NCBI GenBank assembly: GCA_021808985.1
Contig: JAKBAQ010000001.1
Span: forward strand, 1-49,284
Direction of reading: 5' to 3'
Source: Pseudomonadota bacterium
GTDB lineage: Bacteria; Pseudomonadota; Alphaproteobacteria; Acetobacterales; Acetobacteraceae
DNA length: 49,284 bases
The notes under the pieces were generated by a model, which saw nothing but the letters and a program-made list of their open reading frames with translations, did no database searches and had not been told where the DNA came from. Position numbers and translations under genes: made by a program. Shown piece after piece: positions 42,134-49,284 of the stretch (position 1 is the first letter of the stretch; the number at the start of each line of letters is the position of its first letter).

Positions 42134-44143
42134 ATGCAAGCTGCGGCGTTTTTGGAAATTGAGCGTGATCTTCTTGCGAAAGTGATTCGCCAGCAACCGG
42201 AATTCAGCGTTTTCAAGGGAATTGACCTTTCGCTGCCGCCCCAGGCGTGCGAGCATCCAGGTCTTTCCGGCTTTCACCTGCGCCACGCGCTGGAGCGCGC
42301 CTGGTTCACCGCGCGCGGCATCGCCCCGGCTTTGGCCTCGCTGGCCGCCGCCCGCGCCGCCGCCCAGTTCGTCATGGCCGAGGCCGAGGCCCTGGCCCCG
42401 GCTGAGCGCGCGGCCCTGCCCGCCTGGGTGCAGCCCATGGCGGCCGATGTCGCCCCCAGCCCCGCGCTGCTGGCCGCGCATTTCCCCGCCACCGAGGCGC
42501 AGATCGCCCTCATCCGCGGCATCTGGCCCCTGCTCGGCACCGCCGAGGGGCTGATGGAGACCGGCGGCGACATCCGCCTGGCGCGAGACCCGCGCAGCGC
42601 CCTCAACGGCTATGGCTGCAGCCACCGCCCGCGCCCCTGGGCCATCACCTTCGCCTCCTCCACCGCCTCCTCCTCCTCCGAGCGCGGCTACACCGCGGCT
42701 GACCGTGCCCGCCTGCGCGCCACGTTGGCGCTGCTGCGCGGCACCTCCAGCCGCAACGCGGTGCGCCAGTCGCTCAATGCGGTGCGCCGGGGCATTGCCA
42801 AGGTTTTTGGCCTGCGCCCGGACGAGCAGATCATCCTCGCCGCCTCCGGCACCGACACTGAATTGCTCGCCCTGGCGCTCACCCACCTCGCCGGCGCCGA
42901 GCAGCCGATCCTCAACATCCTCATCGCGCCGGAGGAAACCGGGCGCGGCGTGCCCATGGCCGCGCGCGGCCTGCATTTCGCGGTCGATACCGCCCTGGGC
43001 CACGATGTCACCTTCCAGGCCCCCGTCGCCGGCTTCCGGGCTGATACCACGCTGGCCAACATCCCCCTGCGCGAGGCTGACGGCGCCCTGCGCGCGGCCG
43101 AGGCGGTGGAAGCCGAAACCGCCGCCATCATGGCCAGCGCCATGGCGCGCGGGCAACGGGTCATCCTGCACGTGCTGGACCTCTCCAAAACCGGGCTGCT
43201 CGCCCCGCGTCCCGCCTTTCTGGCGCAGATGCGCGCGCTCCACGGCGATACGTTCGACATCGTGGTGGACGCCTGCCAGGCCCGGCTCTCGCCCGCCTCG
43301 GTGCGCGCCTATCTGGCGCTGGGCGCGGTGGTGCTCATCACCGGCTCCAAATTCTTCACCGGCCCGCCCTTCGCCGGCGCCGCGCTGCTGCCCCAGCCCA
43401 TCGCCGCCCGGCTGGCCAGCGCCCGCCTGCCCGCCGGGCTGGACGCCTATTTCGGCCGGGATGACTTTCCCCTCCGCGCCCCCGCCGCCGCCAACCTGCC
43501 CCCCGTCGGCAATTACGGCCTGGCCCTGCGCTGGCACGCCGCCCTGGCTGAAATGCAGGCCCTCCTGCGCGTGCCCCCGGCGCGCCGGGCCGAGATCCTG
43601 GAAGGCTTCGGCCAGATCGTCCACGCCGCGGTGGCCGCCCAGCCCGCGCTCAGCCTGCTCGGCGCGCCGGAAATCTGCCGCGGCCCGCAGGCCGAGCCCT
43701 GGGAGCTTCTGCCCAGCATCCACACTTTCTCCCTGCGCGCCCCGCACGCGCCCGGCCGCTGCCTCACCCCGGCCGAGGCCCGCAACGTCTATCTCTGGCT
43801 GAACACCGACCTCTCCCCCCTGTTCCCGGCGGCGCAGAACATCGCCGCGCGCATCTGCCATATCGGCCAGCCGGTGCCGCTGCCCCAGCCCGGCTGCGCC
43901 GAGCCGCAAGGCGCCCTGCGGGTCTCCGCCGGGGCGCGGCTGCTCTCGGGCGAGCCCTCGCATCGCGGCCTCGCCCAGGCGGCCCGCCTGCAGCGCGAAT
44001 TCGCCGACCTCGCCGTCGTCTTCCGCAAGATAGACCTTATCCTGCGCAACTGGGAGCAGCTCACCGCCGCCAACCCGCAGCCCTGCTTCCGCCCCGCCCG
44101 CCATGCCGAAGCCGCCCCCTGGCGCGCCAGCCTGGTTGTCTGA
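42134..44143 (+). CDS. Uncharacterised 669-aa protein with PLP-dependent transferase (fold type I / class V-like) motifs
   Basis: SGTDTE, VDACQAR, ITGSKFF; codon usage matches the host. Confidence 0.6.
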   Translation: MQAAAFLEIERDLLAKVIRQQPEFSVFKGIDLSLPPQACEHPGLSGFHLRHALERAWFTARGIAPALASLAAARAAAQFVMAEAEALAPAERAALPAWVQPMAADVAPSPALLAAHFPATEAQIALIRGIWPLLGTAEGLMETGGDIRLARDPRSALNGYGCSHRPRPWAITFASSTASSSSERGYTAADRARLRATLALLRGTSSRNAVRQSLNAVRRGIAKVFGLRPDEQIILAASGTDTELLALALTHLAGAEQPILNILIAPEETGRGVPMAARGLHFAVDTALGHDVTFQAPVAGFRADTTLANIPLREADGALRAAEAVEAETAAIMASAMARGQRVILHVLDLSKTGLLAPRPAFLAQMRALHGDTFDIVVDACQARLSPASVRAYLALGAVVLITGSKFFTGPPFAGAALLPQPIAARLASARLPAGLDAYFGRDDFPLRAPAAANLPPVGNYGLALRWHAALAEMQALLRVPPARRAEILEGFGQIVHAAVAAQPALSLLGAPEICRGPQAEPWELLPSIHTFSLRAPHAPGRCLTPAEARNVYLWLNTDLSPLFPAAQNIAARICHIGQPVPLPQPGCAEPQGALRVSAGARLLSGEPSHRGLAQAARLQREFADLAVVFRKIDLILRNWEQLTAANPQPCFRPARHAEAAPWRASLVV

Positions 44144-44197
44144 GCCGCCAGCCCAACCCGGGTTGCGCGCCCAGCCCGCCCGTGGCTGAATGGCGCC

Positions 44198-44773
44198 ATG
44201 GTCAAGCTCGACAAAATCTACACCCGCGGCGGCGACACGGGCGAAACCTCGCTGGGTGACGGCACCCGCGTCGCCAAATCCTCGGCGCGCGTCACCGCCT
44301 ATGGCGAGGTGGACGAAGCCAACGCCGTGCTCGGCCTGGCCCGGCTGCACGCCACCCCGCCCAGCGGCGCATTGCTCGCCCGCATCCAGAACGACCTGTT
44401 CGACCTCGGCGCCGACCTCTGCGTCCCCATCGAGGAATCCCCCAAACACCCGCCGCTGCGCATCACCCAGCCGCAGGTGGACTGGCTGGAATCCCAGATT
44501 GACCGTCTGAACGCCGGCCTCGCCCCGCTCAACTCCTTCATCCTGCCCGGCGGCACCCCCTCGGCGGCCTTTCTGCACCAGGCCCGCACCGTCATCCGCC
44601 GCGCTGAGCGCGCCACCGTGCACCTGCTCGCCAGCCCGCATGAGGCCGTGAACCGCCTGGTCCTGGTCTATCTCAACCGCCTGTCAGACCTTTTGTTCGT
44701 CCTCGCCCGCGTGGAGAACGGCCAGGGCGCCGGCGATATCCTCTGGTCCCCCGCCGCCAACCGCGACGGCTGA
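44198..44773 (+). CDS. ATP:cob(I)alamin adenosyltransferase, PduO type
   Basis: KIYTRGGDTGET, AYGEVDEAN, QNDLFDLGA, FILPGG, RRAER, YLNRLSD. Confidence 0.95.
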   Translation: MVKLDKIYTRGGDTGETSLGDGTRVAKSSARVTAYGEVDEANAVLGLARLHATPPSGALLARIQNDLFDLGADLCVPIEESPKHPPLRITQPQVDWLESQIDRLNAGLAPLNSFILPGGTPSAAFLHQARTVIRRAERATVHLLASPHEAVNRLVLVYLNRLSDLLFVLARVENGQGAGDILWSPAANRDG

Positions 44774-44775
44774 TT

Positions 44776-45570
44776 TTGCCCCGCAAGGTCTCCATCTTCG
44801 GCTGCGGCGTGCAGAAGGGCGGCACCACCAGCCTGCACGCCTATCTCTGCGAGCATCCCGAACTCAGCGCCCCGGTGCAGAAGGAGCTGCATTTCTTCGA
44901 CGATGAGTCCCGTGACTGGTCCGCCCCCGACTACGCGGCCCTGGAATCCCTCTTCCCCGCCGATGACGGCGCGAAACACCGGTTTGACATCACGCCCATC
45001 TACGGCTTCTGGCCCCCCTCCATCGCGCGCATCCACGCCTATAACCCGCACGCCCGGCTCATCTACCTCTTCCGCGACCCCTTCGAGCGCGCCTGGTCGC
45101 AATGGTGCATGGAATATGCCCGCGGTTTTGAAACCTTGCCGTTTTCCGAGGCGATTCGCGCCGGCCGCGCCCGCATGGACGGCCTGCCGCCGCTGGCGCG
45201 CGCGCAGCGGATATACACCTACATTGAACGCGGCTTCTACACCGGACAGGTTGAGCGGGCGCTGCGCTACTTCCCGCGCGAGCAGCTATTGTTTCTGCGC
45301 TCGCAGGATCTGCTGCACGACCATCCCGGGGCGCTATGCAAAATTGCTGATTTTCTTGGCATCTCTCCCTTCGCCGCCACGGCGCCCAAGCGCGAGCAGC
45401 CGTTTGAATTCACCCCGCCGCCCGTCCAGCCCGCCATGGCTGATCTGGAGCATATCGCCAGCCTTCTGGGCGACGACATGCTGGCCTTCGCACGGCTCAC
45501 CGGCCTCGATGTCACTGACTGGCCAGTGCTGCGCCGCCGGTTTGCCTCACCGCCCGCCCCCGGGCTATGA
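44776..45570 (+). CDS. PAPS-dependent sulfotransferase
   Basis: 5'-PSB GVQKGGTTSL, KELHFFD, 3'-PB RDPFERAWS, YIERGFY; TTG start. Confidence 0.85.
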   Translation: MPRKVSIFGCGVQKGGTTSLHAYLCEHPELSAPVQKELHFFDDESRDWSAPDYAALESLFPADDGAKHRFDITPIYGFWPPSIARIHAYNPHARLIYLFRDPFERAWSQWCMEYARGFETLPFSEAIRAGRARMDGLPPLARAQRIYTYIERGFYTGQVERALRYFPREQLLFLRSQDLLHDHPGALCKIADFLGISPFAATAPKREQPFEFTPPPVQPAMADLEHIASLLGDDMLAFARLTGLDVTDWPVLRRRFASPPAPGL

Positions 45571-45627
45571 GCACGCCGGTTTCACATTTCAGCGGCTTAT
45601 CCCGGCCCTGGATGCACGCGCGGAGGC

Positions 45628-46512
45628 ATGATTTTGGCTGACATTATTGACGGCAAGATGTTTGCTGAATCTCTGCGGGCCGGCATCGCGGCCGAGGTTG
45701 CCTCGCTTTCGTTCCGGCCTGGGCTTGCGGTGGTGCTGGTGGGTGATGATCCGGCCTCAAAGGTTTATGTCGCCAACAAGGTGCGTCAGACGGCGGAGGT
45801 GGGCATGCGCTCCTTTGAGCATCGGCTGCCCGCCGAGACCACGCAGGAAGCGCTGCTGGCGCTGGTGCGCAAGCTGAACGCGGATGCGGCGGTGCATGGC
45901 ATTCTGGTGCAGCTGCCGCTGCCGGGGCATCTGCGCGCCGATGCCATCATCGCCGCGATTTCTCCGCAGAAGGATGTTGACGGGCTGACCGTGAGCAATG
46001 CCGGCCTGCTGGCGAACGGCCTGCCCGGGCTGGTGCCCTGCACGCCGCTGGGCTGCCTGCTGCTGCTGCGCGACCGGCTGGGCGACATGACCGGGCTGAA
46101 CGCCGTGGTGGTCGGGCGCTCCAACCTGGTGGGCAAGCCCATCGCGCAGCTTTTGCTGCAGCAGAACTGCACCGTCACCATCGCGCATTCAAAAACCCGC
46201 AATCTGCCGGAGCTTTGCCGGGGGGCGGATATTCTCATCGCCGCTGTCGGGCGGGCGGAGATGATCAAGGGCGACTGGATCAAGCCAGGGGCCACCGTCA
46301 TTGATGTCGGCATCAACCGCGTGCCCGCCGCCGAAACCGGCAAAACCAAACTCACCGGCGATGTCGCCTTCGCCGAGGCCGCGAACGTCGCCGGAATCAT
46401 CACGCCGGTGCCAGGAGGCGTCGGGCCCATGACCATCGCCTGCCTGCTGCGAAATACACTGACCGCGGCGAAACGTATCGAGGCGCGCGCCCCCGCTGTC
46501 GCTGAAGTGTAA
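45628..46512 (+). CDS. folD: Methylenetetrahydrofolate dehydrogenase/cyclohydrolase
   Basis: [44 protein letters not shown]. Confidence 0.97.
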   Translation: MILADIIDGKMFAESLRAGIAAEVASLSFRPGLAVVLVGDDPASKVYVANKVRQTAEVGMRSFEHRLPAETTQEALLALVRKLNADAAVHGILVQLPLPGHLRADAIIAAISPQKDVDGLTVSNAGLLANGLPGLVPCTPLGCLLLLRDRLGDMTGLNAVVVGRSNLVGKPIAQLLLQQNCTVTIAHSKTRNLPELCRGADILIAAVGRAEMIKGDWIKPGATVIDVGINRVPAAETGKTKLTGDVAFAEAANVAGIITPVPGGVGPMTIACLLRNTLTAAKRIEARAPAVAEV

Positions 46513-46554
46513 AGAATACTGGTAATTTCAACTTCCACGTCATAAGACCCGGGC

Positions 46555-47244
46555 ATGAAGCACAAGGCAGCCCCCCCCGAATCGGTTTCTTCCAAGGCAA
46601 AACCTTCCAAGGCGGAAACCCCCGCCGTGGAGGCCTACGCCACCGGCTCCGCCGCCGCCGCGGTTTCGGAGAAAACCCTGGAGCAGGCCATCGGCGTGCA
46701 GGTGCGCCTGTTGCGCCGGCGCATCGGCATCACTGTCGCCGAGCTTGCCACGGCATCCGGCCTCTCCGGCGGCATGCTCTCGAAAATCGAAAACGGGCAG
46801 ATCTCGCCCTCCCTCGCCACCCTGCAAGCCCTGGCCTCGGCGCTCAACGTGCCGATCACCAATTTCTTCGCCTCCTTCGAGGAAAAACGGGACTGCTCAT
46901 TCGTCAAAGCCGGCACCGGCGTGGTCATAGAGCGGCGCGGCACCAAATCCGGCCATCAATACAGCCTGCTCGGCGCCGCCCTGGGCGGCACGCTCATGGT
47001 CGAGCCCTACCTCATCACCCTGCACAAGGACGCCGCCTCCTACACGGCTTTTCAGCATGAGGGCACGGAGTTCATCTATATGCTCACCGGCGAGGTCGTC
47101 TACCGCCACGGCGACCAGGCCTATCACCTCACCCCCGGCGATGCCCTTTTGTTCGACTCCGCCGCCCCCCACGGGCCGGAGAAGCTGCTGCGGCAGCCCA
47201 TCAGCTATCTCTCCATCATCGCCCATAACCGCCAAGAGTCCTGA
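46555..47244 (+). CDS. XRE-HTH + cupin transcriptional regulator
   Basis: LSKIENGQISPSLATL, HEGTEFIY, FDSAAPHG. Confidence 0.9.
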   Translation: MKHKAAPPESVSSKAKPSKAETPAVEAYATGSAAAAVSEKTLEQAIGVQVRLLRRRIGITVAELATASGLSGGMLSKIENGQISPSLATLQALASALNVPITNFFASFEEKRDCSFVKAGTGVVIERRGTKSGHQYSLLGAALGGTLMVEPYLITLHKDAASYTAFQHEGTEFIYMLTGEVVYRHGDQAYHLTPGDALLFDSAAPHGPEKLLRQPISYLSIIAHNRQES

Positions 47245-47264
47245 AACCCCAGGGGGGAGCGGCC

Positions 47265-47579
47265 ATGCTGCAATCATACGCCGTCGTTCTGGCAACCCTG
47301 GCGCTGCTGGCCTTCATTTCCCTGCTGGCCGGCCAGCGCCTGCGCGCCGCCCCCCGCGTGCCGATGCATTTCCGGCTTGACGGCACCCCAGGCTGGACCG
47401 CCCCGCGCGCCCTGGGCCTGGCCTTCACCCCCATTCTCGCGGCTTTTGTGCTGCTCCCGGCCGCCGCCCTGCTCGGCAATCTCGGCCTCGGCCCGCTGCC
47501 GGTGCTGCCGCTCTCCTTCAGCTTCATCGCCGTGCATCTGCTGCATGTCAGGATGATGGCGAAAGCCCTGAAGCTCTGA
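47265..47579 (+). CDS. Small membrane protein (DUF1648-like)
   Basis: VPMHF..DG..GW motif, 3 TM segments, GGGGGAG RBS. Confidence 0.6.
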   Translation: MLQSYAVVLATLALLAFISLLAGQRLRAAPRVPMHFRLDGTPGWTAPRALGLAFTPILAAFVLLPAAALLGNLGLGPLPVLPLSFSFIAVHLLHVRMMAKALKL

Positions 47580-47583
47580 ACCG

Positions 47584-48849
47584 CTACAGCACCAGCGCGT
47601 AGAACACCGAGAGCAGCATAGATCCCGCCAGCCACGCCGCCGCCGGCAGCATCCTGCGGCTGCGCGAGAAGATGAGCGCATAACCGGCCTTCAGCAGATT
47701 GTTGCTGCCGCTGGCAATCAGCACCGCGCTCACCACCGCCGCCTCGCTCACCTGGAATTTCCCGTCCAGCAGCGAGAAAATGAACGGGTCGATATCCGAG
47801 AACCCGACCGCGAAGCTCAGCACATGCAGCCCGTTCACGCCGAAATTGCGGGTCACGAAATTCGTTATCGCGGCAAACAGCACAAACAGCAGCGCGAACA
47901 GGAACGCCACCGGCAGATCCAGCGGATTCGTGCTGATAACGTTATGTTCCCGCGCCGGCGCATCCTTGGCCTTGCGGGCCAGCAGCCAGGCGATCGCCAG
48001 AGTCAGCACGAACAGCCCGGCAAAGGGCGGCGCCAGGTCGCGGGCGGCGGCGGCATGGCCCAGCAGCAGAATGATCAGCAGCAGGCGCACATACATCATG
48101 GCCGTGGCGATCAGCACGGCCGCCGGCGCCAGTGCCGCCTGCTCCGGCGCCGCCTGCGCCGCGCGCGCCAGCACCACGGTGGCGGCGGTGGAGGAATACA
48201 TGCCCCCCAGCACCCCGGTCAGCAGCGTGCCCGCGCGGGGGAACATATAGCGGTGCGCCAGATAGCCGAGATAGGAGATGCCCGAAATCACCAGCACCGC
48301 CGTCCACACCTTGGTGTAGGTGATACCGGGCAGGCCCGGAATCACCTCCTGCGGCAGCAGCGGCAATATCAGCCCGGCGAGGATGAAGAACTTCGCCAGC
48401 GTCACCCCCTCCTCGGCGGGGAAGGCGTCGGAGAGCCGGCGGATTTCGGTCTGCTCGCCAAGCGCCAGCAGCATCACGATCACCAGCGCCGCCGCCACCA
48501 CCAGCGGCGCCGTCAGCACGAAGGGCCCGAGCGCGTAGGCGAGCAGCGCGATCACGGTGGGCAGCAGCGCCGGGTCGCCCGCCTGCACGCGCTTCCAGTA
48601 TTCCAGCATCAGCAGCCCGCCCGCCACCGCCAGCCCGGCGCAAAACGGCACCACCGGCGCCACCACCCACAGCACATAGCCCAGCGCCGCCAGCAGGGTT
48701 ATGGTGCGCGTGGTGCCAAAGCCCAGGGCCACCGGCGCCGCCAGCCCCTCGCCGCGCCGCCGGTAGGCATGCAGCTCCAGCCCGATGAGAAAAGCGAGCG
48801 CGACGGTGGCGAGAAAGCCGCTGAGCAGCGGGGGAATATACGCGCTCAT
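47584..48849 (-). CDS. MgtC/SapB + DUF4010 membrane protein
   Basis: IGLE, GTTRT, ILPLLP, GGMYSSTA, SDIDP, NNLLK. Confidence 0.85.
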   Translation of the reverse strand: MSAYIPPLLSGFLATVALAFLIGLELHAYRRRGEGLAAPVALGFGTTRTITLLAALGYVLWVVAPVVPFCAGLAVAGGLLMLEYWKRVQAGDPALLPTVIALLAYALGPFVLTAPLVVAAALVIVMLLALGEQTEIRRLSDAFPAEEGVTLAKFFILAGLILPLLPQEVIPGLPGITYTKVWTAVLVISGISYLGYLAHRYMFPRAGTLLTGVLGGMYSSTAATVVLARAAQAAPEQAALAPAAVLIATAMMYVRLLLIILLLGHAAAARDLAPPFAGLFVLTLAIAWLLARKAKDAPAREHNVISTNPLDLPVAFLFALLFVLFAAITNFVTRNFGVNGLHVLSFAVGFSDIDPFIFSLLDGKFQVSEAAVVSAVLIASGSNNLLKAGYALIFSRSRRMLPAAAWLAGSMLLSVFYALVL

Positions 48850-49284
48850 GCGGCCCGCAGCACGGCCAGCCCCCGCTCCAGATCCTCGATCAGCTCGTCC
48901 ACATTCTCCAGGCCGATCTGGAAGCGCGCCATCCTGCCCTCGAAGCTCCCGGTTCCCTCGCTGCGCCTGATGGTCCCCGTCGTCGGCAGCACCAGGCTCT
49001 CATACCCGCCCCAGCTCGCGCCGATGCCGAACAGTTGCAGCGCGTCGATCATCGCCACAATCGCCTCGGCGGTATAAGCGGGCTGGAACACCACGCCGAA
49101 CAAGCCGCAGGCACCGGAGAAATCGCGCTTGAAGAACTCATGTCCCGGGCAGCCTGGCAGGGCGGGGTGCAGCACGCGCGCCACCTCCGGCCGGGCGGCG
49201 AACCAGTGCGCCACCCGCAGCCCCGCCGCCTCCTGCGCCTTCAGGCGCACATGCAGCGTGCGCAGCCCGCGCAGCGCCAGCCAG
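48846..49284 (-). CDS. metC: Cystathionine beta-lyase (3' part; runs off the window)
   Basis: LRGLRTL, VLHPALP, FGIGASWGGYESL, IGLE..DL. Confidence 0.9.
   Translation of the reverse strand, partial: WLALRGLRTLHVRLKAQEAAGLRVAHWFAARPEVARVLHPALPGCPGHEFFKRDFSGACGLFGVVFQPAYTAEAIVAMIDALQLFGIGASWGGYESLVLPTTGTIRRSEGTGSFEGRMARFQIGLENVDELIEDLERGLAVLRAA

Noticed and set aside
44144-44197. Cobalamin riboswitch before pduO
   Set aside because: Only 54 bp of intergenic sequence and no B12 box.
42116-44641. 841-aa minus-strand ORF
   Set aside because: Antisense shadow of the 669-aa gene and pduO. It has no motifs, and such shadows are expected at high GC.
45565-45631. Possible C-terminal gene remnant ending in an ATGA overlap with folD
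   Set aside because: The peptide ([20 protein letters not shown]) matches nothing I recognise and could be coincidental.

Overview
High-GC chromosomal segment of an alphaproteobacterium. Gene content and order point to Acetobacteraceae (Acidocella/Acidiphilium-like), which is an inference. Most of it is housekeeping: gluQ, gyrB, truB-rpsO, rluC-like/rarA, ygfZ, pyrC, gatCAB-ruvX, lipB-tRNA-Leu(GAG), maeB, fpr, pduO-type adenosyltransferase, folD and partial metC. Two surface-glycan loci interrupt it. (1) 2.7-9.5 kb: NeuB-type synthase, KdsC-type phosphatase, GtrB/ArnC-like GT2, a low-GC SDR/acyltransferase cassette, an epimerase and a Wzx-like flippase. (2) 32.3-41.0 kb: an ABC-type capsule export locus whose permease (KpsM/Wzm) carries a long N-terminal TPR array, preceded by a coiled-coil methyltransferase and a stand-alone PMI cupin. 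Other notable items are tandem NrdR-like boxes before an HNH nuclease, a P450 plus tandem-SnoaL pair where pnp usually lies, an orphan CpaE, and an uncharacterised 669-aa PLP-fold-like protein upstream of pduO and a sulfotransferase. I saw no CRISPR array, integrase, transposase or rRNA. All calls come from motif recognition by eye; no searches were run.
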